Positions 1 to 20,489 of a DNA stretch of 64,000 nt are shown one piece after another. Source of the stretch: Trichoplax adhaerens. Its lineage: Eukaryota; Animalia; Placozoa. Numbering within the stretch: the stretch's first letter is position 1; each line of letters starts with the position of its first letter. The notes under the pieces were generated by a model. The model searched no databases and was not told where the DNA came from. It was given only the letters and a program-made list of their open reading frames with translations. The stretch lies in the NCBI RefSeq assembly GCF_000150275.1, contig NW_002060945.1, positions 5,487,101 through 5,551,100 on the forward strand, read 5' to 3'. The translations under genes and the position numbers were made by a program.

Positions 1-1213
1 TATCGTCAGGATAGTTCGAACACGAACTTTTGATATTTTTAAATTTACAAAAATCGATATAAATACGAGCTTGACTTGTGATGCATTCACTGTTGCTAAT
101 TTTTGAAATGTTTTTTTCAACTGGATACAATACTTTATTCGTCGAATTTAAAATAAGTAGTTCAATATTACCAACTGTTAAGATCTAAGGTAATTCAATC
201 TCTGTAAGGTTTTGAGTAATGATACACATATATAGATTTGATTAAAATAAAATCTAAAGGTTATCGTATTAACAGCTCGTAAAAATATGCTTTGATCGGT
301 TGCAATGAACGAAAGACTATGTGAAAAGTATTCATACTATGAAGTGGAGGCATCCACAGCTAAGAAAATCTGTATATGATGAAGGAATGGTATCCAATCA
401 AAATCAGGAAATTGTTGATATACTGTATAAAGCTTTTGAACATAGCTGATCGATTAATTAGATGGCTATCGATATTGGAAGTTATGAAGAGGATTTTAAT
501 ACAGTGTAGTTGAATATACATCAGACTCATTCAAGCGCACATTATTGTAACTGCCAGTAGATTAATTATTTACGCGTATCTATTTATGCATTTAGTTGTG
601 ATTATCCGTCGAATGTCTTCACGTGTTGCTCAATATGAACAGTTTCAGTTACAGATAGTTTATATGATCTATCAGGAACAATTGGAAGAATTTTTAACTT
701 CTCCGTTAATCAATTTGAATAATGAAAATTAATCAAGCAGACGCTTTATTCTATTTTATTCTTCATTTCTTTTTACACCTTTATATATTTTACAGTATTA
801 TCCTGGTACTAGTGTACAATTAGTAATTCTAACTTGGTTGTACAATGTACATGCTGCTATTATGGATAAGTGACGCCTTAATGATTTACGCTGACATAGT
901 TCAGGTCGACTTTTGATATTCAAAATTTTCACAACAGAATAAGCTGCAGGAGCTTGTTCGAGTGAAAAATTGCCAATTTTACATGTTCGAGCTGTTGGAG
1001 ACTAACGCAATATGGAGGCTCCTTTATAGCAAAGAGACTGAAACAGATCCACTGTTTGCATACTATCTTATGTATTGGCTATGGCCGGTAGTAGAGTTCT
1101 ATACACATATTACCTATCTCGATTACGTCACACCTCCCGCGTCTGTCCATCCAATGTCTGCTTGTCACGTTCTTCTTGAATGGTTCGAGGTTGGAACCGA
1201 ACCGACTTGTCAT
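1..1213 (-). CDS. Possible 5' part of an unidentified multi-exon gene, divergent from the GLD-2-like gene and truncated by the window edge
   Basis: Minus-strand ATG at 1213 opens MTSRFGSNLEPFKKNVTSRHWMDRRGRCDVIEI, followed by a GTAATA donor (phase 1). A phase-compatible exon after CAACAG reads ARTCKIGNFSLEQAPAAYSVVKILNIKSRPELCQ. Further exon-like pieces lie near 170-205 (RLNYLRSLTV). No family recognised. Confidence 0.35.
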
Positions 1214-1357
1214 GCGCTGTAGGATGAGCGTGTTGGAAGCAAATTATCCCAGTAATGTTAGTGTATATATAGTGCTGTGGCTACTGATTGAGCGGTAGCA
1301 TTAAGATTGCCACAAGGTCGAGGTCTTCCATGACTAGCTAGCCTAGCATGATCAGAC

Positions 1358-4300
1358 ATGGCGTGCTATGCTTGCAATAGGAGATTCACGATCAATTTAT
1401 TAGCCCTTGTAACGGATAGCAGTCGATTTTATTTGTATGCACGTTCATTAAAGTCAGGAGTTGGAGCACAGTGGAATAGTGGTGTAGGTTACAGTAGAGG
1501 GATTTCAAGTTTAGGAGGTCAATTGAATCAAGTAAAAGAAGAATCCAATGTGCAAGTATCACCAGATGAGAGTGGAATAGAGTTGGCGGTAAACTTGAGC
1601 CAACAAGGAGAGTTGCAAGACGATCAAGATACATTCAATCGTAATGGACATATTTCTAAGCAAGAAGACTTGAGGTAATGTGATAGCGAACAATTGTACT
1701 ATAGCATTGAAAGTAATAGGACGTATTAAGGCTGCACATAGTACGTGTAGAGATTAACGATGGAATGCTAATCGAAATGATTTTGTTGCTTTCCATGGAC
1801 TATCTTTAACAACCGGTAGAAATAGTCAAAATGATATTAGAGATGAAAGTAGAGCGATGTCGGAAGATCTGAATAAAAAAAAACTGATAGTGAAATCTAA
1901 TAGTGCAGTTAAGAATCATAAAGACTTTCAAAGCATTCCAAGTGATCGATTGCATTTATTTTGTGGCGACAAGGTAAGAATATGCAATGTTGCTTGAATT
2001 TGCTTGCTGCCATACCAGCTGAGCAATAGGGGAATCTTATAGCGACGGTAGCATAGAATTCAGTAGGTTATTTTCAGTACTAACGTGAGTTTTCAATGAT
2101 GCCTTCATCTTAAATGTAGTTAAGTTTGCAGTTATGGGAGCACTATCAGAAAACACGCCAGACTGAAAGTACTTTGGACCAAAAGATGCAGCTTAGGTCA
2201 GCTCTTCTACATGCTATAAAGACTGTTTATAAAGGTATGATATGATCACGGTCATGAACTACTAGAACGATAACCTACACTTCTAGTAGTCATATCACAA
2301 TTTAGGTCATGTACAAGCCAGTACAATACAGCAATTTTCATTGATGGATACAATCTCTTTATACGTAGATGCTTCTCTGCATATTGTTGGATCTTCAACC
2401 AATGGATTCGGTAGTGAAGATAGTGATATCGATTTTTGTGCCGTTGTAAATAATAATAGAGAGGTAAGGTCGACATGCCAATTTACATGATTTAAATTAA
2501 ATACACCTTTAATGTTAAACTACAACAGTAACATTAATGAATTAATAACTGGCTAAGATGGGAAAAGATTAAAGCGATTTACTTTACTAATTTCATCATG
2601 CAGGGACTATTAAAAAAGAAAGAAAGAGAGGGTGCTTCTCTTTCTTTCTTTTTTAATAGTCATTCCTTTCTGAGCGCAATGCACTAACATAATCATATTT
2701 AACATGACCTGATATGTAGAACAATTTCTACTAAAATTTCATTTATAATTTGTAATTTCTATGTTTCAGTTCACCCGTCGTAAGACGTTATATGCGTTAT
2801 CCAATCTCCGTGCAAAATTAGCCACATTACGTATGTTACATTATCGACTTGGCAATTTCATGTTTTTAGAAGAATAAGGATAATGTCTTTGTCTTGATAG
2901 ATAGTAACTTAAATAGTAAAAGAATTCATTAAATTCATTGATAGGATACTTGAAGGATGTTAGACTTATACCTGCTGTAGTTCCGATTTTGGAGTTTCAG
3001 GACTGCGTATCGTTAGTTTACTTTCTAGACTTTTTCTTATGCATTTGAATTGGATCGTCTTTAACGTAAATTATGTTTTGCTTTCATTTAATCTTTTTTT
3101 TCTATAGTGGATTTAATTGTGATATAAGCATTAACAATGATACGGTTAGTACAAGTAGAAAAATTTTGCCGTAATTTCCTGATATAGATATTTATTAAAA
3201 GCACAAGACCAATTTTATGGTACTTTTTCTAAATCTTACAATGTTTTATTTCATACGATATAGGGAATACGGAATACCCATTTATTATACGCATATTCGT
3301 TGTGTACGTTGGATTGTAGATTCCATAAAGAATCAGTTTATCGTTATCATTGTATTAACGCTTAATTTTGTTTAGGCGATGATAGGGTTGCACCGCTTGT
3401 TAAATTTATCAAAATGTGGGGACACTATTACGGCATCAATAAGTCTCAGTATGGCACCTTATCTAGCTATGCCGTAGTAAATTTAGTTATTAATTATCTT
3501 CAAGGTAACTGCTTCAAATGCTGAATGTTAAAAGTGTATTCTTATTGTAAGATATTAAGATGTATATGTAGGCATTAAGTGATAATCCTTGTTTGTCAAC
3601 AGAATGTGATCCACCTGTGTTGCCGTTCTTGCAAGAGGATTTTCCAGTAATATTGATTAGACAATGATTAACTATGGATCATCTCGATGCTGCGATCAGT
3701 TATACTTTAATCAATAACAACGATGTTACTGCTTATTTTAGAATATCTTTAGGAAGAAGTCATCACTTAACAGTATACCCAAGCGTAGCAAAAGCGTCGA
3801 CTTATCAGGAATTCCTCAAAATTTGTATGTACTTTCTCTTTGAATGTCTTTATTGACTAGATCATTTAGAGAAATGCTAAATGGCTGCATTAGCAATTAC
3901 AGTACCAAGATATATTCTCTACTTTCACACTATTCTTCATATAAGCTTGTTTAAATTTTGATTTGTAGAAGTAAGAATCAAAAAACTATAGGAGAGTTAC
4001 TCATTGGATTTTATAGACATTATGCTGTATTTAAGTGAGTATTTTCTAACTATCGAACATAGTTTGTATTTGTTTGTTGTTATTACAGATATCAATATCG
4101 GTAAATTAAATTGCGTAAGTATAATCGTACTAGTGCTAACTTTTTAAATTGGCTGTATAGATGGTCAAACTACATAATATCAATAAAGAAAGGCAAGTTT
4201 CCGTTGGATTGGAGACACAAATTTATGACTGCTAAAGCCCACTATATAAATATTGAAGGTGAGTATGTCAGTGTACTGTCATTCTTTGTTTATCAGGTAC

Positions 4301-4624
4301 AGTCACTCGTAAAATAGTTGTTGCATAAAGATTTAAAGTGAATATTTCTTTTACTTTACAAATTTAGAACCATTTGAGGATAAAAATGTTGCCCGCTCCA
4401 TACGAAGTAGAAAGAAATATGAGAAAATAAAGATAGCGTTTAATATGGTAAATAACAATGTTAAATTGATGCAATAAATACAATAGTTCATAATTAATCA
4501 ATTGATTAACGGCTTGATTTAACTACATCATGTGTTAATCGTATTGTTATTTTAGGGGGAAAAGGCCCTCAGACAAAACCCTGACTTAAAGTCTTTATTT
4601 TCGTTTTCACTTAATGAGAATTAG
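1358..4624 (+). CDS. TENT2: GLD-2/TENT2 (PAPD4)-like non-canonical poly(A) RNA polymerase, multi-exon
   Basis: Phase-consistent exons 1358-1674, 1826-1973, 2120-2234, 2369-2463 and onward to TAG at 4622-4624. Spliced protein contains GDKLSLQLWEHY..., LHIVGSSTNGFGSEDSDIDFC (nucleotidyltransferase GS/DxD), VPILEF, CDISINNDTGIRNTHLL, GTLSSYA, PPVLPFLQ, SKNQKTIGELLIGF and YINIEEPF..NVAR, collinear with GLD-2 family motifs. Confidence 0.88.
2605..2661. repeat. Perfect 25-bp inverted repeat (7-nt loop) in an intron of the TENT2-like gene
   Basis: GACTATTAAAAAAGAAAGAAAGAGA (2605-2629), loop GGGTGCT, then TCTCTTTCTTTCTTTTTTAATAGTC (2637-2661). Confidence 0.95.
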
Positions 4625-4881
4625 TAAAATGCTATTAACGTGTTGAGGCTATGATTATCTGCTGTATTTATTTCATGCAAACTACATTTATGGACTCCCT
4701 ACGACGATCTTCAGTTAATTGCAGTATTGGAAGAATCTTTATTGCAATGCATTCAGGCACTGCAGCAGTTCTATGACTGATTATATTGCAACATGAAATA
4801 AGTTTGTAAAAGATAATAAAACTGATTATTTTTGCTTGCAAACTATAACTACCTAAGCGTAAAGTGCTTTACCATCAAGAT

Positions 4882-5380
4882 TGACACCCAAATGAGTTAA
4901 TGTTATATGATGTACGTATAATTTATATATATGTATATATCGTATTCTTAGTACTGCAAGTCGTCAGCTAAGTGTAACCTTTTGGTGAGTTACAGTATCC
5001 TCGCAGAATATCCGATCTCTCTTAGACGGTGATGCTTCGATATAGAGTATGAGATCAAAATTATTCGCCTAAAATGTGTGGAAGACTAAAGGTCTAAGTT
5101 ATATTGGTCTATATCAAACTGTAATTGTGATTCATATGGATGTACATCAGTGATACAGTGTAGAATGCAGTAGTAATCTAAAAGTGTTTTCCTGTCAAGA
5201 GTGACGCCCAAATGAGTTCAAAGTAGATAATCTACGTATAAAATATATAAATCGTGTTCTTAGTACAGCGAATCGTCAGCTAAGTGTAGCTATTAGCAAG
5301 CTACAGTATCTTTGTAAAATATCCGATCGCTCTTGGTAGACGATGCTTCGATAATAAAGTGGAAAATGCAGTAGTAATCT
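4882..5380. repeat. Diverged direct duplication (~160-bp unit, copies at ~4882 and ~5202) between convergent 3' ends
   Basis: Shared blocks TGAC.CCCAAATGAGTT, TTCTTAGTAC, TCGTCAGCTAAGTGTA, AATATCCGATC and GATGCTTCGATA; AATGCAGTAGTAATCTA also occurs twice. Confidence 0.85.
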
Positions 5381-6011
5381 ACAACATCGTAGCAATATCT
5401 ATAAATCCAAATGTTTTATTAATTTATCAATGCTAGGTTACTTTATTAATAGATTCTGTGTCTGGATTTATAAATACCTTATACTATTTTCTTAAATATA
5501 CATATCATTTTGTAATTCGATAAGTTTTCCCGTATTCTGTAATGGCGATTTAACATTAACTATACAATCAATGTTGAATACTCATAGCGATTGATGAACT
5601 GTAAAAAATTTAGATCATTATCACAGCATGACTTGGTTTATCATGAGGATATTTTCAACTAATTATAGATACGCACTCACGGTCAAATATAATCACTTAC
5701 ACTGGATTTTTTGCTCTAAAGTGACATTTTTTATAGTACTTATATAGCAATTGTATTATTTAATATATTTTCTATAATTACTTATCTTAAATAATTCGAA
5801 AGCTATACGTGAGCGCAATGCATTTCAATACAAATAATAACAGTGATTGCATTATCGCTGCTTTAATACTAAAATTTTACGGCAAATTTAACAATCCACA
5901 ATGGTCAATAATACTTTCGTACAGTACAACGGTATAGATTCCGACATAATCAAAAAGTGCTCAGCACTTTTATGAAAGTGTTGTGGCGATTGGCTGCAAG
6001 GATACGGCAAC

Positions 6012-9000
6012 TTAAGCTTTATGATTTCTTTTACCAGAGTTAATTCGAACGTAAGGTAATCCCAGCTGGTTATCCACCGGCCAGTAAACTAATTTGGGCG
6101 ATAGTTCCGGAGTTTCATTTGCCGCGAAAATATATGCACAGATTACACAACCGATATAAGACGATACCGCGATTAGAAGGTGCCAAGCACAATGTAAGTA
6201 AGGAAATTTCAGTGCCAGCCATAGATCACAAAAGCAACGGTCAGATATCCAGCATATTACCGCCAAGCACCACCATAAAACACCAGAACAACATAACTGC
6301 TTCACACGTTGACACTTACACCTGCGATTAATGTGGGTAAAGAGATGAAATTGATGTAAATTAAGTATCTGGCAAAATTGAAATTATAAGTCAAGTACTG
6401 TTATTACTAAGTTATAGGTGTATGATGGCATAGGAACAATATGAACAGTTTCCGTTATAGCTGCGACTAGATAAAATAACTACAGTGTACTAATTGTAAC
6501 TTCACGATACAGGGTAAAAATTAGAATGTGAAAGCAAGCTAGTTCTTGCAGTGTAATTCTTTGATTAATGTGCTTTGAATAATACATGAAGCATTATCAC
6601 GAGGAAGTAGATGACTGTAGAGAACAGTAAACTTTAATTCTTACAAGCAGCTCAAAGTAAAGATTTGCAGAGATATACATTATATTAATTAATTTTGTAC
6701 CTTCGAACTTCTCTGGCAGCAATAACAACGAAAGGTAATCCAAAGCTTAGAAGTACAAAAGCATTAATTTCAGGTTTGATGCAAGACAATATCGTGGTAA
6801 TCCCAGCCACAGTGAAGACAACCCTCTGGAATATAACTCTAAAAATTGTCATGTATCAGTGCTAAATATGTGGTAAAATTAAACTATTAAGCAAAAGGCA
6901 ATAAATAAATAGAAACTAACTATGCAGTGCCTACTAGTGTGTATTGCACTAAATATGCATATACTGCATTTCCTTATTATGCTAACAAATCTGCAATAGT
7001 TTCAAATACTAGCTTAACTATAATACAGTATTTGACAATCGCACAATTTTGGAAGGAATGTGTACACGTTTCTAATCTACATCAAGTATTGAGATATACA
7101 ATACAGTGGATTTTTATACGAATACCGTAGCTGTTAAATTGATGACCTATTCTACATTTTCCAATGGGAAACAATTTTAACAATTCAAAAACTTGATAGA
7201 TTTAGTATACAGAAATCCACTCCAAAGTATAATTATTTTGCGCGCATTAACATACAGTACAGTATGTGCATGGTTAAGGTTTCATTAGATTAGTATTTAT
7301 TTGAATGAACGGACACCGATAAGAAGAAAACGGTAGTGGATAAGGAGTATAGTAAACGGAATTTCAGTATGCAGTGTATCAATTTCTTTTGAAAGACAGT
7401 AATAATAAGGTATCAGTTATGAAAAAGTACGAGTAGTACAATAACTTACCTGCTCCCATTAATGACAGGCATTTGTTTCAATATCCGTTGTGGTAACCAA
7501 TAGCCAAAGGCGCTAGCCATTAACCACAGTATAGATAATTCATCAACTAATTGCCCAAGCAAACTTAGAGTGGCATGAAAATAGACCGAACTTAGCCCAA
7601 CGAACATCATTAATACCAGTACAACGTTCATATTACCATTAATGCATTTCGTATAAGGTCGAAATAAACACCTAGAATACATATTTTATTTTTAATGTTG
7701 CTAAACAATGGACCAAATAGTAATAAAATAAAAACAGTTCTATTATTATCATACTGTATAATAAAGCAAAATGAATACAATCTATAATAATATTGTATAT
7801 AACTAATTCATGGTATTAATTGTCAGTTTACATTCGTTTCGAGATCTATTAGCATAAATAAATTTCATTAAAGCCAAATAATGGCTAACTTTGTTGATAT
7901 CAGTTTTCTGTTAAGAACTACTGGTTACAAGTTGTTCTTTTATAACCAACGTCGTCTCGTTGCTGATTATTTGTTATGGTCTACAGTAAATGGGTATAAG
8001 GAGATGTGCTTCCTTTAGATGATATTAGCTACTAGCATGTTTTGAAAATTGTATTATAGCGAGAAGACTAAAAAAAATTTCACCGTTTTTATCATCCTTC
8101 GACACAATTTCATTTCTATGAATTTTTTATATTATTGTATGATATGGTTGTATTATACTATGTACTAATTTGATCAAATCGCATAAGGGTATGCCTACAA
8201 GTGGAGACTTAGTATCATGGTAAAAGAAAATATTCGTCAAGGATTACTGAATGTTGGCATAACATAATGTCAGCACTCATTCACGACAGACATGTAAAGC
8301 AGACCTGAGAAAGGTTCGGTTCAATACTTTTATGATTTATGATCTCTATTGCAAAGCTTATACCTGTCCGTACTGTATTGACAAACGCGAGTTACGTCGT
8401 TTAGCATTATTTTTCCATGATATTTATCAAATCGGCTATTTAATTGCTTGTTTGCCCCTCGATGCTGTCGGGGACTGTCAGTATAGTAATAAGAATATAA
8501 CTTGTATTTTCACGACATATGTAAATATGAATTAATTATATATTGAATGCAGGAGTGAGAAGTTTACTAAGAACAATAGCAAGTCTGCTTATAAACTTTT
8601 TTAGTAACAAGTAGTGGAATGTATGCGTACTGTATATCGTTATTATTCTTATTCAGTGGCGCGATGTTGTAAAAGACGGTAAATAAAAGCAAGTCTTTAA
8701 AATATTCAATATTATGCTACAAATGAAATAAGTATGCAATATTGGATCATATAGAGGATGAAAAGTCGGTAAACGAACGAGTAAATTAAGACGACACTTT
8801 GACAAGCGTAACTTTGTCCGACGTCTACAGAAAACTTCAGTGAAAACGATATTAAATTTGACACTTACATTAAAATTGGCGGTACAACAAAGAAAAGAAT
8901 ATTGCTGGCCTATAATTAATAGAAATTTTGTCTAGGAGTTAGAAAGACATGCTATGCATGACGGCAAGCATTTTCCTTTTAGTTTCAAAATGTTACATTA

Positions 9001-10117
9001 CTATGCATAATAGGAATAAAGTAAGTCAATACAATTGATATCTCGTTACTCGGAAAGTATACTGCAGTACATCAACATGTTCAATCAACTGTAAACGATC
9101 ACTATATTAACAAATATGGTCCTAGCAAATAGAAATATGTCTCTTAATTAATGATTAGTTATTGTTGAGCTCTATTAATAGCATAAGAATAGTATCATGT
9201 TATTGCGCGGTAAGTGTTTACTGAATATTTTCCAAGGATTAAAACTATTTACTAAAGTTAACAGCGAAAGAAAAATGAATCTAAAACGATGCACCGTTGG
9301 AGATTGCAGTTAGCATAGGATCTACTGCACGATTCAGGCTAAATACGTCCATAGTTTGAACTATAGGTGTATAGTGCATTTTATTCGTGTCCACTTTTGG
9401 AGACTACTTTACCCTTGTGTCTACTAAAGCTACAACGATATGTTTCAAATGAAAGAAATATAATACTGACGAGCTAATTTTATATGACCAAGTACTGTAC
9501 AGTAGTTCAACATTGCGTCATACTGTACTGTGCAGTACTTGGTTGTTTATGTATGACTTCCAGTATACAGAAATTAATTTCCAGTAGGTGAAAAAATAAA
9601 GAGTATCATCATAGCGACGATTTTTGAACTAAGGAACTTGAAAATACGATCTCATTTGACACTTTAATGCACATACTTTAGATGGAGGAGAATGCAATAT
9701 TTGAGTTACTGATGGAAGTATTTTGTGAGCTGATAATATCACTACAACTGGTCGATTGGTGTTTTTCAATGAACTTCGTTCTATCAATTCATTGGTCGAG
9801 TCAACTATTTATGTACTGGTATGTCATTTTGAAGGTTTTTTCAAGACTAGGTGGTATCTCCTACGTGAAGGTTGATAGACATATGAATTAGTAAGATGGT
9901 TGATAAGCAATGACTATGGACAACGACGGTCGTAATTAGTCCGAATCCCATTTTCCAAGTAGTGATTAATTGATTGAAAGCAAATTGTCCATGTAAAATG
10001 TAGAGTATTGTACAGTATAGTACTTACGCAGTTATAAAATTCAGCAATATAAGATGATTGGACATAGTTGGTTTCGCACCAATCTACGCGAGAGCTACCA
10101 CGAGCAAAGTGCCGCAT
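6012..10117 (-). CDS. ACER2: Alkaline ceramidase (ACER1/2-like, CREST superfamily), 5 coding exons
   Basis: Exons 10028-10117 (MRHFARGSSRVDWCETNYVQSSYIAEFYNC), 8869-8909 (ASNILFF), ~7450-7671 (SSVYFHATLSLLGQLVDEL), ~6701-6838 and 6012-~6321 (FPYLHCAWH). DWCExNY, SxxFH, QxxDE and HxxWH motifs are present. ACER1 versus ACER2 orthology is not resolvable by eye. Confidence 0.92.
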
Positions 10118-10619
10118 TATCCCAGTAATAACCACGATGAATCAATGCTTTAAATTGAGTTATAGCCAAGCTAATACGTTAAAATCAACCTTGAGAGAGA
10201 GAGAGAAAAAAGTTGTTATTAGTGCCATTTTGGGGGGTGGGATTAAATCAAATCAAAGCTTTCACTATCGTCCTGCAACGGATTACATCGAACTGCATTT
10301 TTTGGATAACTGCTGTATTCTCTGCAGTAGAAATCAACTTGTGATGGCTAAACTAGTTATCAATGTTGGTTATTTCACAGAGTACCTAGACTTGTTATGG
10401 CTGCTATTGATGGAAAGTTTCTTTTTTTCCCTCAATACTATGCAAACAAAGTGGAATTGAAAAATAATTTTGGTCCTTTTTGTGAATTTATTGATTGATC
10501 ACTGGCTGGCTGCCGAGCATCCATACAGAACATGAGAGAGAGTTAAATCAGACCAGTGCGACGTGGATTTTGTATAGACTGATTGACTGGTATAGGACTT
10601 TGTACTAACTTTGTAAGGT

Positions 10620-12010
10620 CTTTTTTGAGTACAGTACTGTAGTCTACAGTATGACTGTACACTGTACACTGTACTGCACAATGGTCTCAAAGCTACAGTG
10701 GTCAATATCGAATTCGATATGGACAGTACAGTAGATTACTAAAATTGCTACTAAAACGACTACTAAAATTGCTACTAAAACTATTACTAAAATTGGTATT
10801 TTAGTACCAATTTTAAAATACCAATTTTAGTAGGCTATAATACAGTACAGCACTGCACAATGCACATTGTCATCAATCCGAAAATCAATCAATCGATCAT
10901 TTAATAATAGTACTATACAATATTTACAGGATTGAGAAGAGTCATGGACTACTAGAAATTACTACTGGTCATTGGTAGTACTGTAAATCCATGATACTGA
11001 ACAATACAGTACACGTCTTGTATGGGATTTTAAAGGTTAAAATGGCCAAATCATTACATTCTACTTTACTGTTCAGTACGAATATACTGTCATATCTCGA
11101 CCTAAGACAAGACGTTTTCGAAAGTAGCGCTTTTTGTGTAAATCCTTTCCCCCCCCCCAAAGCACTAGTAATACTGTATATCAATCTATATACAGTAATC
11201 AGTCCAAATCAGACTCGAATTCGATCGTCTTTTCCGACTCGGTAAATAAATTGAACTATTTATTTATAGCATCAATACGCGTAAAAATAGCACGATGGTA
11301 GAAAATGGGGCAACATGGAGTATGATATTTGGATGCATATAGTATACAGTTACTACAGTATATCGTATTCCATGTTGCCGAACTTTGTACCATAGTAAAT
11401 GAACAAATCTCCTCCTTTCTGCTGTACTTGTAGATTACTTGAAAAGTACTAGTAATCGATCATTCATAACAGTCGAATGGACAATCAAGAGCATGTGCTT
11501 GCTTATGTGGTTTATTCATCTTGTCACCGGTTGATCGAATCATGATCGCCTTTGATACTATCTACTGAGTATGTACGTTGGTGGTCACTGGTCAGGATTA
11601 CATCATTCCAGTATACCATAGTGTATTATGAATTCAATGTGCACCCACAGTACATAGTACTGTTCGAAGGCCAGTACTTTCTACTGTGGATTACAGTACA
11701 TAGTACTGTGTGACCCTTTTCCAATCTGGTGAATCAGCACATATTACATGCGGGCATTTTTTGAATGAAATCCGGCCAATTTTTTGTATATGTGGAAACA
11801 GTAAGCTCTCATTGATGTATACATTATGTGACATTGGTTAATACTAAAGTATTTAACTTCATATTCAAGAATTGGAAAGGAAAAAGATCATGCTGTACTG
11901 TGCACATGAAAAGAAAACGAAACGCTATGCGTACAGTACACTGTACAGTGTACAGTGTACAGTAGTACCGTATACTGTACTGTACAGTACGTACTGTACC
12001 ATGGTCACCA
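10620..12010. promoter_or_regulatory. Divergent ACER/UPF1 intergenic region with TACAG/CTGTA clusters
   Basis: Dense GTACTGTAC/TACAGTA runs at ~10630-10680 and ~11930-12000, the latter ~150 bp upstream of the UPF1 ATG. Promoter function is inferred from position. Confidence 0.5.
10736..10832. repeat. 12-bp tandem repeat (TACTAAAATTGC-like, ~5 copies) ending in a 19-bp inverted repeat
   Basis: TACTAAAA recurs every 12 nt. TACTAAAATTGGTATTTTA (10785-10803) pairs with TAAAATACCAATTTTAGTA (10814-10832). Confidence 0.9.
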
Positions 12011-12147
12011 CGCGTGTTACAACACCAACACACCGCACTGATAAAAACCATCGTCACACCCGTTGACCGTGTCAGTCATTGTACGATCGTGGCGATTCTT
12101 GGACATCATCGTTACGTCAATCGCGGTAAATAGTTGAACAGCCCAAA

Positions 12148-20489
<8,342 letters not shown>

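Noticed and set aside
962-1634. ORFs 962-1222(+) and 1392-1634(-)
   Set aside because: Antisense shadows of better-supported exons on the opposite strand.
4960-5045. tRNA or tRNA-derived SINE (A-box/B-box-like words)
   Set aside because: No cloverleaf, and the B-box match (CTTCGA) is poor.
10068-10460. 130-aa plus-strand ORF
   Set aside because: Overlaps ACER exon 1 in antisense, includes simple repeats and has no recognisable motif.
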